Assembly: GCF_018977255.1 (NCBI RefSeq)
Contig: NW_024705000.1
Coordinates: 1-64,000, forward strand
DNA length: 64,000 nt
DNA from: Callorhinchus milii
Taxonomy: Eukaryota
Reading direction: 5' to 3'
Shown here: one piece after another, positions 37,215 to 50,781 of the stretch
How positions within the stretch are numbered: position 1 is the first letter of the stretch
Layout: the number at the start of each line of letters is the position of its first letter
Notes under the pieces: model-generated
Databases searched by the model: none
Seen by the model: only the letters and a program-made list of their open reading frames with translations
Told to the model about the DNA's origin: nothing
Made by a program: the position numbers and the translations under genes

Positions 37215-37395
37215 AACAAAGGCTGTGGATGCTGTATCCATTCAAATTTTGAAGACTGAGTTGGTTAAATATTTATCAGATCGGGGTATCAAGAGATATA
37301 AGGCAAGGGCGGGGAATTGGAGTTGAGGTTCAGATCAGCCATGATCTTATAGAATGGTGGAACAGGTTGAATAGCCTACTCCTGTTCCTATGTTA
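37215..37395 (+). mobile_element. CR1-type LINE 3' end fragment (reverse copies at ~2305-2405, ~2503-2600, ~26603-26695)
   Basis: GGAGTTGAGGTTCAGATCAGCCATGATCTTATAGAATGG...CCTACTCCTGTTCCTATGTT resembles chondrichthyan CR1 3' UTRs as recalled. Confidence 0.6.
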
Positions 37396-38775
37396 AGCAG
37401 TAAGGAGAACACCATTCTGCACCTTTGCAATCTTGGTGAATGATAGTCAGCAATGGTTTGACTGCTCTGTTTCCCAACGCCATGGCATTTCCGTTCAACA
37501 CTATCCGCCCAGCCCACGCTCATTACCAACATTTCCACAGATTTCATGTTGGAAAACAATTAGTCACTCGACAAAAATGTGATGCACAGCGAGTGAGATT
37601 TCTATGTTGAACTCTTTTGAACCAAACAACTCTGCAAAATATATTCGTTACGGTGCTAACTCCCCACCCCACAGTAAGGTTGCACGTGTAAACAGAGCTA
37701 GAATGTCAAACATTCCACTAGAAACATTAGACCACAACATGCCAAAACAAGTCTATCAATCGGCAGCAATGTCAAAAAATTGTTTCCCTCCACTGCAAAA
37801 CCTTCCTCCTTGACCACACTTTCGACCATCTTTGCCCACAAATTGTAGCCAATTCACTTTTCAGTATATTCTGTGAAGCGCTTTGAGACGTCTCAACGAC
37901 GTGATAAGGCGCTGTATCAAATGAAGACTTATTATTACCTTTCCCCTCTCCCCAGCTCAGGTGCAAATCCTAAGATTTTCCAGCACCCGGTGACGTCCTC
38001 CTGAATGAAAAATGATGTATAAATGTAATTTTTTATTGTATTATTTTACAGATCTGCTTATTCTCCCCACCCTTTCCCACATACACAAAAATATCACAAG
38101 GAAATCCACTCCGTGAAGTGGTACACAAACAGACCCAGTAAAACAGGAGGATCGTGAAACTCATTTCCATTTCAAACCTGAGGAAATCAAAAGGCGGAAG
38201 AGTGATTATTGCTGTTCATCCACCCAGACAATAGAAATAATAAACATACCTTAAGCAATAAGCCATTTTCCAATGTTAAACTTCTTCAAAGGCTTCCCAT
38301 TCCTATTGACACCAACTGTTCACAAAGTCCTGGCGACAGATTATTATCTGCCATGAAAATGATGATGTGCGCACACTCACACACACACAAATACACACAC
38401 ACAATTATCATTCTACCACAAATACAATCAACCCCCTTTACAGTATATACTGTGAAGCGCTTTGAGATGTTGCAAAGACGCGATAAGGCTCTATATCAAA
38501 TGCAAGGATTATTATTTTTAGTAGTTGTATTATGTTTTGGTTGTTGGTCAGTGCACTTTGTAAAATAAAACAAATGGGGGCGGGGGGAAGGTAATCGGAC
38601 TTTGTGAACACCCTGTACAAACCACTACAGATCAACGTGGACTTTCTGCACTTTTGTGCTTGTTCGAGCCAAAGCCGCCAGGCTTTGTATACCCATTACC
38701 CATTGGAGAGTTCTGCCCGCCTCTCAAAGGCATCGCCAGGCTTGTGTGCAAGGCATCCAGTGGTGAAGAGGGGCA

Positions 38776-41700
38776 TCAGTGGTGCAGAGCTGGTCCCTCC
38801 GCAGCTTGCTGTCTGGTGTAACCAGCAGGGATGCCATAGTAGGAATGTTGGTGTCTATGAGGATGAATCTGGGGCTGCTCGCATCGCTCAGCGTGTTGGT
38901 GATCACCACACTGTCCGTAGGAGTATCCAAGACCTTGGCCTGGTCTCTGTTGATGCTGTGTTCCATACCAATGTCCCAGCTCATTCACAGCCCCTGGGAT
39001 AGTGGCTGGGCAGTAATAGGTTTGTGTAGGATAGGATCCTGGTGAAGGTTTGATCCTAAAAACACAGAGGGGAGGAAAAAATGATCCCAATGTTGAATTG
39101 TGCCCCCTCCACCCCAACGTGCCGGACAACACCCTGAGGTTCGAGAGCGTTTAGATGTTGATTAAAAGCAAAACAGAACAAATCACAGCCTCCGATCGAT
39201 CCCCAGCAACAACAACAAAAAAAACTGCGATGAGAATTTCCCACTTACAGCACGAAATTCCCGATCGGACACAGATCTCTTGCATTCCAACCACGCCGAA
39301 CAGACCATCTGCTCTGGGTTTCAAGTATGGGTGGATGCGCTCGGATTCTTGGCAAACCTGCCCTCAGTAATACAGCAATACAACGTGTAAAGAAAGCTGC
39401 AATGCGCCGTTAAGAAGTGGGATAGATACACTGGACTTTTTTTTAGAAAAAAATTGATGTTCCCCACAGCTACCACTCTCTGGTACTCAAGAGTCTCTGC
39501 GACTCGCCCCTTTCCCACACCCGTCAAGGTCGGTCTCAACTCATAAACCTCTCTCTTTGACCGTGTCTTTGGTCATCTTTCCCCCCACACTCCCCTTGAC
39601 TCTCGCCCCACCCAGGGCGGGTGCCAAGCCAGCGCTGTCAAGATCCTCTGGATGATGTCCTCTAGACATGAAAGGCACTGTGTAAATGTAAATGCATTGT
39701 ACCAAGAGAGATCACTGACTATTTGTATAACAGTGCACAGAGCCCAAATGAATCGCCTCACACACATATACCCCAGCTTAGATGTTTCATCTTCAGAAAA
39801 CAGATAGTTTTAAAGTGTTCCCATGCTCATTTCTCTTCTTTCTCCTCTTCCCACCCCCAATCCCCATCCACAGAAATGCACAAACTTTGACCATCAGAGT
39901 ATTGCTGTGTTACTGATCGAACTGGAGAGTAGAGCACAGGGAACATGCATGAGGTTTTGCAGGTTATTCTCGTTTACACCGGGGTGGGGGAAGAGATACC
40001 TTGGCATGTCTTCAAAGCTGTAATCTCAGGGGGCAGATTCTGAAAGGAATCATTGCCTCTTTGGGATGGGGGTGGGGGGTGGTTGGAATTCATCTGAAGA
40101 GCACTATAAGACCACACTATAATCACTCCCAGATCTGCATTATCCTGTGTTAAATAGGCCCGCGGGGCATTTTTCATTCAAACATCTGCCGAGAGCGATT
40201 TTAAAGCTAAACGAGCTCTGTTCCTACACTGACGTGATCCCATGTATCCTGAGAGTGCGTCTGACAGGCACTTATCTCACCAGAAGACGTTCCATTATCG
40301 TGACATGTCACAGAGAGCGCGGTGTACCGACCAAATCTTGCCTTTATTGACTGATCACCCGGTAACAGTTTATAACCACTTCTTTATTAGTTTCTTTTTC
40401 CCCCAATGAAATATTAAGCTGGGCTGGACACAGTAATTAAAAGCAGAACAATTGCCCACTGCTTTAATAAAGGAGAACGCCGCAAGATTTATTGCAATTC
40501 CAGGTCGCGGCTGGGGAAAAGCAGAGAGAGAGAAAAATCCAATTAAGACATGATTTTTGCTACGAAGTCCATGTGCATTCGGTCAAGCAGAAAATAAATT
40601 CTAGATTCCTGACTGGCAGGAGTGATTGTCACTGGTGTTTTATAAATGGATTCTCATTCGGGTCTTGAGAATGTTATATTAAACCCAAGAAGGGGAGGGA
40701 CGGGGGGGGATAAAGCCTAAACCATCCTGGGTCAATGCTACAAATCGTTTATCTTAATGAAAAACAAAGGAACTGGACGGAAGGGAAACTGCATCATGTT
40801 AGCTGTCTCCCTTTCATCAGCTCACTCCCGAATGCTCACACACATCATTTGTGGGGACGTCACTGTGTCCAAATTGGCCACAACATTCACCTTCAAGCAT
40901 ATAGTCACTACACTGCACAGTGAGTGAATCCCGTGAAACACGTTGAGACGTCTGACGTGAGAGGAGCTATACCAAAATGCAAGGATTGTTATTATTGCCC
41001 ACTTTGTCCTCTGCATTCAGTTTGCACTGTGCTCTGACCAATTTTATAGTTGAACCCAGCCGATTCACAGAGCGAATGACCAGTTTTATAATCTGGGGAG
41101 ATAGTCAGGCAGGACACCAGGAGAAACTCGCTTCTCTTTTCAAACAGGGCCGCGGGATCTTTGACGTTCCACCGGAACAGGCACACACCTCGGTCTAACG
41201 TCTCATCTGAAGGACGGAAAGCGAGACGGTTTGAATTCTCTGACAATTGGGAGGAAAATGAACTGATCCGCTCAATCTTTAAGTGATTGTAATTTATACA
41301 CAGCCAATATTCTCATTCCAGAGCCAAATTGATAGCCAATCCCATTAATCACAGTTCGAATGTTTTACATTAACTCTTTTGCAGCTGCAGGATACATAGG
41401 AATCCGAGGTATCATCTTTCTACAGCAATTATTAGAAACATCTTGCAATGCTTCGCTTGCACTGCAAGCCCCTTTCTCACCCTGAGAAACACGGGACTTT
41501 TATGTTCGTGTGAAGCCTGAACATGAGACATTTGGAAAACATTTGCCAAGCAAAAACATTTGTAAATTCTTCTGGTCGTTATTGACATTTCAGCTTTTTA
41601 ATGTTTATCATTGAAAAGCTAAGATTTTTATAATGTTAAGATGGTCTGTTTCTACTTAGCATTTGACTTGCATGGTTGCATTCGATATCGCAATTACGCC

Positions 41701-44700
41701 CTAGGCCAAGAACAATACACATATCCAAAGAGGAGTAGACATAGACAAAACCACAAGGAGGACACTGTAATAAAAGGGATTTAGCCCAGGAGAACAAAAC
41801 GATGGAAACAAAACCAAAATGGGCTTCAACGGATGTGGAAACGACATCTGCCCATCGGAGGGAAATGTAAAAACAGCAAGAACTCAACCAGTGGCTTAAT
41901 CAAGAATAAGATAAAAAGCCAGTTATTTAAGTCTAAGAAGGAATGAAACTCATACAGTGGGGAGCTTGCCTGGTCCGCCAGAGACTCCATAAACACCTTC
42001 TGTGCTGACATAATTCAGTGATACAACACTCAGTCGCAGACTGAGATGAAATGAGTAAGACTGAAATGAGTAAAGGAAGAACGGAAATGACGCAAACGTA
42101 TTCAGTAAGAGACTCAAAAAGACCTGGAAAACAGACAGTGTCAGAGACCAGATTATTTCCCATTTGATTCCTCCTCTGATTGCCCCTCCAAAGAGAGTAA
42201 CTTATCCTCCAGTAGGAGCGTTCCCATGGGAGAAACACTGGGATAAGTGAACGCCAGCCAGAGTTCCATTCCACGCATCATTTTTAACACTTATCTATGC
42301 CACTTGCGCTGTCATAAGTGTGAACCAGAACACACAATGGGTTGGGGTGGGGAGAAAGGGAACATTACACTGCAATGTTAGGAAGAATGAGTCACCTAAT
42401 GGCCTGCTAGTGACAGCATTAGCTCCCGAGCTAGTTTCTCCCACAACCCCATAAGCTTGGCCACTAAACAGCAACAACAATAATCTTTTCAATGTAATGC
42501 ATTGCCTATAATGGACATCACCCTTTGGATATTTTAGAATTTAACAACTTTCCCATTATTATCCCAATTGCTCCCTTGGAAGTTTTGCCCAATTCTTCTG
42601 TTCTTTTTTTTTTAAAAAAAAATGCAGCCTCAATAATTAGCGAGGAAACGCTCTCAATTACCTCTCAGATGGCCAATTTCATATTTCTCCCTCGGGATTA
42701 ATAGCGACGATTCTGGGTCTGAGAAAAATGTAACCGTTCCAGGAATCAGCTATTTTTAGCTCCAGCGCCTGTGATTTAGACTATTATTTCAGCCGTTCAG
42801 CAAACAAAATAAATTAATTTACAGCATTTGTAGCACTTTTGACCCCAGTCCTCAATCCTAGAATTGTTAGCTCATTGCTAAAACGCTCAGCAACTAGCTA
42901 GAATTATTTTAAATTCTGGAATCTGCCACATGTGTTAAGTGTATATGTTGAATGTGTACACAAAAAACGTAATTACCGTTGAACTGTGTTTTGGGTCTGT
43001 GATAACCTGGAGTTCGCATTTCACCCTTACTGATCAGTGTTAGGCCCACAAGGTCCAGATGTCAATTACATATGTTCAACAATTCTAAATAAGATGCTTT
43101 CACGTCTTTAAGAACAGCATCAATTCAGGCTTATAGAGAATTTCCACAGTTCTATTTATTTATATTTCTTTATCACTTTACAGTATATTCTATGAAGCGC
43201 TTTCAGATGTCTCAACGATGTGATAAGGCGTTATATCACATGCAAGATTATTATTATTTCCTCCATCCAGGATTCACAATACTTTTCCAAATCCATTCTA
43301 AAATTACTGAATTAAGAGGATCGATGGTTTGTCAGAGGTAAATTCGGGGGATAATACGGTATACTGAACAAAGGAGAGTGAGCCTTTATAATTGAAGGTT
43401 TGATTTCGAACACGCCCTCTACATTGCTACCAAATAACTCTCCCACTGTATAAAAATGCTGTGTCTAAATCCTATTAGCATCTTTCAATTTTACATAGAT
43501 TGTTTGATTATTGGGTGGCTCCTGGCTACTCCCCAAGGCCTCTATCCCTCACTGGAACGGTTTCACTGACTAAAAACAGGTACTGCGGCTTCTAGTTCAG
43601 GAAATTAAATGAGTGAACCAGACGACCAAAAAAGGGAAATTAGAATGTTGGATCCAGAAAGAGTGATGTCATTGAAATTACCGCATAGAAAGAAGCCATT
43701 TGGCCCATCTTCCCTATTGTGGTGCTCCTTTAAAGGAGCTGCGCATTTCAATTAAATGAAGGTTGGGACATTTCGCCCTTTGAAATGCCAAGCTGTTCCC
43801 GAATCAGCCTATGAAAGGGGCACGTACCTCTACCTGATTTTCCCAGTTGAGAAGCAACAGGAAGGTGGGGTTAAACAATGAGTCAAAGGTGCTGTTCATA
43901 TTCCTTAACCTGATGGATTGGCCCAAAGTATGGCAGGAACTAGGGTCTCATATAGACCCAAATGGATCCATAGGCCATTGTTATCACACTGGACTCTTCA
44001 AGCCATCAAACAGACCAAATCTAGTATACACGTTTACAGTGTTGCTGCAAGTTTTTTTTTGGGGGGTGGGGTAGAAACCAGTGGAGGGTTTTGAAATTTG
44101 GTAATTAGTTGTCTATTCACAACTATTGTCGCGTTTTAATAGATGTGGTGTCAACCCCAAAACATCTCACCTACAAAACACAGTCACTACACTTTAACAG
44201 TATATCCTTTGAAGCGTTTTGCGAGGTCTTTCCGAGGTGAAAGGCACCAAATCAACTTATTATTATTAAGAAATGAGGAGTGGCACAGACCTTGGGGAAA
44301 TACAGGGTAGGAACTAACAGAACCGCAGTCAGGAATGCAGATTAATAACTGTTATAACATATAACGTTTAATGAAAGGGTCGATGTCAGTGTTGATCCCA
44401 ACTGGAAGGGCATCAAATGTATAGTTTTTGTTCCATATGTTTGCCATTTAAGAGACCATCACCCTATTCCATCTGTGGGAAACCTTTCCCAATAGCAGTG
44501 CCAATGCCTTGCTTGGTGTAAAGTGTTCTGAATTACGTGTAGTTGCAGCAGCAGAACACACCCAACAGCAATATGTATGCAAAAGTCCTAAGATGTCTTT
44601 GCTTGAAGTACTCAGAACTAAACTCTGAATTATGGAGTTTGTGTGTGTGGGAGATGAGAAGTGTTTAGCTCACCTGTTAGTGCAAATGAATAACTTGTAC

Positions 44701-47700
44701 CCTACAACTGTACACTTGCACACTCATAAGGGGTACAGGGGGAAAAAGAAAAAGGTATCACCACAGTGCTCAAGAAAATAAGGGTTGCCAAGTATCACTC
44801 TATGATCGCTTGAACCTTTCCTACACTGTTACTGTGAAGCGCTTTGAGATGTCTCGATGACGTGATAAGGTGCTATATCAAATGCTAAGGATTATTAGCC
44901 GTTGCATAAAAAAGGAAATAATAAAAAAAATTAAGAAATAAGACTATTGTAATGTAGGGTCAATATCACACGTGTTGGCTAAAATAGCTCCAGTGGTGGG
45001 AGCGCTCGCCCAACAGACATAGTGGGGCACAAGGCCTCCTTCTGTGCTGAAATCTCCAATGTTTCTCCCTTGGTTGGTTGCAGGGCATCATTGGCAAGGC
45101 ATGGAGAAAGCAACCACTTGCATTTAGTTAGTAGATTTAGGTGGGAGTTTCGCCCTCAAAACAGTCATTACATTTTACAGTGTACCCTGTGAAGCGCTTT
45201 GAGACATCTCGAAGACATGATAGGGCGCTATATGAAATGCAAGAATTACCATTGTTATAGAATACAATAGCTTCTCCCCTGCGAATGTGGTACAACTGGA
45301 GCAGGGCAAGGTCGGGGGTGGGAGAGGGCAGAGGAGGGGGTTTAGAGAGACAAAAAGCCTAAAAAATAACAAACTCTTAGGATTGTCTTCAACTCTTTAA
45401 TTGTCCTACTTACAGATGCTGCAGTACAGAGATGGCTCCCATCATCTCACCTTTTGTGGTTGACTGAAAACATTTGCCCTGCCGTAAACTGTCCTGTATT
45501 CATGTGGCAGCTAATTATAAAACGGGTCCAATTCATGCAACTAAAGTACATCAATAATGACAAATCCTCTCCCTGACCATGTGAAATAGTCATTCCCACA
45601 TGCGAAACCACCTGAAAACGAAATACTACTGTTAGGCAAGATCTCAAAACAAGCTTTAAGAGTCAGGAACCTACTACGGTTTTGCTGCTCGGTGCAACGT
45701 CAAAGAGACTCGTAAAAAAAATAGACATAGAAACCACTGACTAGAAAGCAGTTACAATTGTGTTGCCTGTTACCACTTGGGTTGGGTTCTATATTCTGAA
45801 ATATTGCTGAATTAAGATCAAACAGCCGGCATTTGGAAATAAAACTGTAACACTGATTTGATCCGCTGCATTGCATTGCTACAGCTCAATGCCTCAGATT
45901 TTCAAAGTAACATTCAGGAATTTAACCCATTTAAGCCAACGAACACAGCTTATAGTGTTTAGTGTTCAGAAACAACCACCTTTAGAATTTTTTTCCTGAT
46001 GAGCTCTCAGGAGCCTTAGGCACATCACTGTGCTCAGTTGGTGGTAACACTTTGATCGGTTGTTAATTCAGCTACGACACACAATGGGGTTCAGCAAAAC
46101 CCTGTGACATCGACAATGGAAACAAAAAAATATATAAATGAACAGAAGAGGCGCTCAGGAATTGACAAGGAGACTCCTTATGGAATGTCTTCCAAGCAGT
46201 TATTATTATGAGCCAGAACTTCAAGGGAAGTTAAAGCTTCAAACTATATAAAATCTTGCAAGTTGATCAATGTGTGTACCTGCTGCTGCCGTGTGACCCA
46301 TTATATAGCATGGCCACAGAGTGTAGGTCCTGCCAAAAATTGCCTGATATATAGACCTTGATCGTACGCCAGCTTTTGTTTACAACACAATGGCATTGCT
46401 CTGTATTTCACTGTGCATGAGGTTAAGCTGAACCTCCCGCACTGCCCTGGGCTCCCCTCCCTCCCCCTAGGCTCGCATTATGAAGAATAGCCATCGGAAG
46501 ATGTATTGAAGAGCTGCCACCACTCGGAACCATTAACAGAACATGAATCAGTGTTTTCAAGAGATTTGGACAGAAATAATACAGCGGTGCATTTTCTTCT
46601 GGAAGTGGGGTGGAAGGAAGGTAACCCATTTTCTTTTAGGTAAAACATTGTATTTTTAAAAGATAGGGTGCTTACCTATCGGTCAGCTCGAGATTTCTCT
46701 CCTCCCACAAGGCTGGATAGTAGGTTGTTCCTGAAATTTCCTTCAACTGGGTAAATGGGTAATGCCCTTCGAGAGAGGCAGCAGTCGACTCAGACATATC
46801 CAGAAAACGAAAATACCTTCTCCCTAAAGCATCTAGCAAACACTGTTAAGGACAAATACATATGCCAAGCCAGACATACTGTACTCAGATTCCCTGATAA
46901 AGGGATAATATATCTTACATAAATGGCAGTCCCATCTGATGATCAATTACAGCACCAAGTACCCCCACATTATGGACAGCACGAGCAAAGTCTTATTACA
47001 CCCACCTAAGTTTCACAATAATAATACTTGCATTTGATATAGGTCTTTGTAACAATGCTAAGATGTCTCAAAGAACTTCATGGAATATATTGTAAAGTGT
47101 TTTTTTTGAGGGATTATTACCCCTGGAAAGTGATCCGCCAATCAATTAACAACCAAGTTCCTGCTTCCTGCAAGTAAACAGAAGTGTGTGGAGTGAGGTA
47201 ACTTGACTAAGGTTTCGCCCTGTCTGGGAATCGACCCTGGGTCCTCTCACTTGTGAGGCGAGTTCTCTGACCACTACACAACGGGATGATAGGTAGCTCG
47301 ACTTAGCTCGAAGGGCACTACATAAATGCAAGTTGTTGTTGTATAACTATAGCTTTCACAGGCCAGAAACCATAGCATAAGTTGGCACAATATAACAGGT
47401 TTCTAGAAAAAGATCCCTAGGCTTATGTATTATGATTTACAGCTGTGCATTACAGAAACCACTTAAGAATGAAAGGATACAAAAGAATCCTACTCCAAGT
47501 CCACAGATATTGCCCAGAATGTATGATTCAGGGATAAAAAGGGCGACAAACAGCAAAACCAAAGGCAGGTGGACAGTTTTAACATTCGTTATGAACACGA
47601 TGGTTTTCATCGGGGAGAGTGGGACTATCATTCCCACAATGGAAGATACTAATATAGTGAATCCCTGAATTTCTCTTATGTTCTTCATTCCGACCATTAA

Positions 47701-48311
47701 TGTACCCAGGGAAATGTAGAGTATTGCGGTGAGCAGTGTAAAGACGAAAATCAGGTACCAATACTTCACTGTTCCAACGCTCTTTTCCAAACCACGACTG
47801 AAATGCCAGAATAGAAGAATGTTGCACACCAGCGCACTCATAGTTTTATGGATGAACACATATGAATATATGCGGTACACTGCGGAAACAAAAATACATG
47901 AATAGCTACAGGAAGAAGGTCTCATTTATACAAGGTACAACAGCACTGGTTGCTTCAAGGGAGGGGGATGGGAACCGGCGCATGGGGGGCGGGAGCAGGT
48001 GAGTTTGTTGTGAGGGGGTTGGGTGGAGAGTATGTGTGAGGGTGGGGGGGTTTATGAAGGGGATGAAGATGTGTGGTGGGCGGGGGTCAGGTTGAGAGTA
48101 TGTGAGGGAGGAGGGGATGGGTGACGGTGTAAAGTGGATCTTGGTGAGGAGATGTAAGAGGATGGGGGTTTATGAGGGTATATGGGGGGGTTCGAATTGA
48201 GAGTGGGTGGGGGGGCAGTAATATGAGGGGGGGGTGAGGGGTGTGAGAGGCGGGTGTGGTGTGGGTGTCTGGGGGAGGGGGACAGGTTGAGTGTGTGTGG
48301 GGGGGTGGTGT

Positions 48312-48396
<85 letters not shown>

Positions 48397-48458
48397 GTGG
48401 GGGGGGGTGTTTGGGGGTGTATGGGGGGTGGGGGTGTTTGGGGTGTATGGGTGGGGGT

Positions 48459-48532
<74 letters not shown>

Positions 48533-48931
48533 GGGGGGGTATGGGTGGGGGTGTTTGGGGTGTATGGGTGGGGGTTTGGGTGGGGCTGTTTGGGGTGTAT
48601 GGGGGTGGGGTGTTTGGGAGTGTATGGGGGGGGTGTGGGTGGGGGGTGGGGGTTGGGGGGGGGGGGGGGTGGTGGGGGGGTGGGGGGGTAATGAGAGAGA
48701 GTGAGGGGTCGGGGTCGGCCTCCTACCCTGGTAGCGGCTCATGGTGGCGGGGGCCAGCGTGAAGGCCGCCGTGCCCAGGAGGCCGAGGGAGCAGGTGAGC
48801 CAGTAGGTGAAGACGGCCAGGATGATGACACAGGCCGTGCCGCACGGCACCTCGGGCAGGCTGGACCTGACCAGGTTGGCCAGGGTCGGGGTGGGGGGCC
48901 GCACGAAGTGGGGGCCGGGCGCCGCTTCCAT
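38776..48931 (-). CDS. RHBDD2: Rhomboid domain-containing protein 2-like pseudoprotease (346 aa)
   Basis: Exons 48931-48727, 47879-47481, 46832-46676, 39055-38776 (1041 nt, phases consistent). PEVP, QVYRIYSYVF, EKSVGTVK, GNICGLGVG and PGSYPTQ match recalled human RHBDD2 (PEVP, QVYRLVTYIF, ERTVGTVR, SNVCGLSIG, PGSYPTQ). An in-frame upstream ATG exists at 49072. Confidence 0.82.
46833..47480 (-). other. U12-type (minor spliceosome) GT-AG intron, RHBDD2-like intron 2
   Basis: 5' splice site GTATCCTTT; branch point TCCTTAAC ~12 nt before the AG; no polypyrimidine tract. Confidence 0.88.
48040..48690 (+). repeat. G-rich low-complexity tract with very long poly-G runs
   Basis: G homopolymers at ~48312-48394 and ~48459-48531 among GGGGTGT(A/T) units. 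Confidence 0.9.
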
Positions 48932-49064
48932 CCCCAGCTCCGTTGGGCCCTGGGGCGCGAGAGTGGGGTGGGGGGGGGGGAAGCCTGGCCCTGCGAGGCC
49001 TCGCGGGGGCCGGAAGCCCCGGCAGCGCGTGACGCCAGATCCGCCCCGGGCCCGGCGGCGCGCC

Positions 49065-49078
49065 GTCACCATGGCAAC
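49065..49078. promoter_or_regulatory. RFX X-box at RHBDD2-like 5' end
   Basis: GTCACCATGGCAAC, a near-palindromic match to the X-box consensus, inside a CpG-rich region. Confidence 0.6.
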
Positions 49079-49142
49079 AGCAGGCCTCGGGCCTAGTCCC
49101 ACAGGGCTGCAGCTCACACCGCCCCCTCCCTCCCCTCATCAT

Positions 49143-49190
<48 letters not shown>
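49143..49190 (+). repeat. (AATC)n microsatellite
   Basis: About 12 perfect AATC units. Confidence 0.95.
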
Positions 49191-49191
<1 letters not shown>

Positions 49192-50781
49192 GGGTAATAA
49201 AGATTGCATTTGAACGTACAACACCTCAAAAGGTCTTCGACGGGTGATGGCCGTCGGTCAAGTGTAGTGACTGTGCTCCGGCCAGCGAGCGCTTAAGACG
49301 TTAACCCCCCCTCCCCCCCCCCCTAACCTGATGAACGTCACGGGTTGTTGAGACGCAGAAAGGGTCAAGCCGGCACGTTTCGGCCGTCAGTTCTTGTCCG
49401 ACTTTCCAAGGGTGTGTGTGTGCGCGTGTGTGCTTTTTTTTTAAGAAGAGATGGTTCTTTTTGATCAAGCGATTTGTTTTCCGGATGGTTACGGGGGAGG
49501 GCGGGTGCCGGTCGAAAGCAATTCACGCCATGTCCGTCACCCCTTTTAACAATGGTTGCGGTCAACCGGGTGTCTGACAGGCGCGGAAACCCCATCAACG
49601 GGCTTAAGAGCATCCAAGACCAGAGTTCCCCATATGTATGCCAACCGACCCGTGGAAACTTCCCTATGTTTGGAATGGAATACACACTCTCCTCCTTGAT
49701 GAATGGGAATAAAATGTCACTCCACTTAACAGTGAATATCTATGCATTGCTTTGAGCGATGAATGCAAATTCTTTGCTTGTGCGTTCCCTTAGAATACCG
49801 TTTCCGCTGTTATATACAAAATATACAGTCAATTCACTTTACCAGTGTACTCTGTGAAGCGCTTTGAGACCTCTCGAAGACATGATAAGGCGCTATATCA
49901 AATGCAAGAATTTTTACACAGCCATGAACTGTCTGCTAATGTATTTATTCATACCAGCCCATAAATAAATTGGACGCATTAGAGATTGTTGGATCCATTG
50001 TTGGATTAATTTTCTTGGTCAGTGGTCACTTGTGCACGCAATTTATTTATTGGGTTGGCACAAATTTTCTATTTCACTCTTCCACATACAGCTCCTGTCA
50101 TTGCTCCAAAGTCTGGGTGTTTTAACAAATTGTCACATCAGTTCACATTTTGCCACAGTGATTCATTGCTCTGGCACTTAAAATATGTTAAAATTGGCAA
50201 GAACTGATGCAAAAGTATCTCCAGTTACCACTGATGCCGTGAAGCCTATTCTGGTGCTGATAAAATGTATTTATAGGCTTGTTCATGTTTAAAGTCTTAA
50301 AAGGTCAAGATGCTAGTGACTTTCTGACTAGCTTTCTAATGTGACGTTTTCACAGGGAGTTAGCAAAATAGAAATATTAGGACCAAAAGGGGCTATGTGG
50401 TCCCATCATGCCTGCACCAGGCTAACTCCACTGTTGCCAGCTACTCTAATCCTATTTCGCTCCTCATTCCCCCATTCTATGTTATATGTTTAATCTCTCA
50501 CCTTTGACCCATTTTATGATTCAACCAATAATCTTGAGTTAATACCCAGTTGTTGTCAGTGCCTCTACGTAAAGCAAGGTGTACCATTTGTCCTTTTTCA
50601 GGTGGGCGTTAAAAGGTACTGCGGCACTACTCTAAAAGAGAAAGGAGTTTCTCCCCGGTGTCCTGACCAACGATCTGTTTCTGGGTCACGGCGAGCGGCG
50701 CACAAACTAGCTGCCACATTTCGCCCACGAATCACACGGCGATTCCGCTTCCCGGCACATCCCGCGAAGATATTACAGTCC

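Noticed and set aside
41933-42274. 113-aa ORF in RHBDD2-like intron 3
   Set aside because: No recognisable homology or convincing exon boundaries.
46423-46629. ORF MGYLPSTP... as the RHBDD2 last exon
   Set aside because: It would need a ~42-nt intron and shows no similarity; the homologous PGSYPTQ exon is at 39055-38776.
48170-48762. Long poly-Pro/poly-Gly ORFs
   Set aside because: Translation of the intronic G tract; only 48931-48727 is coding.
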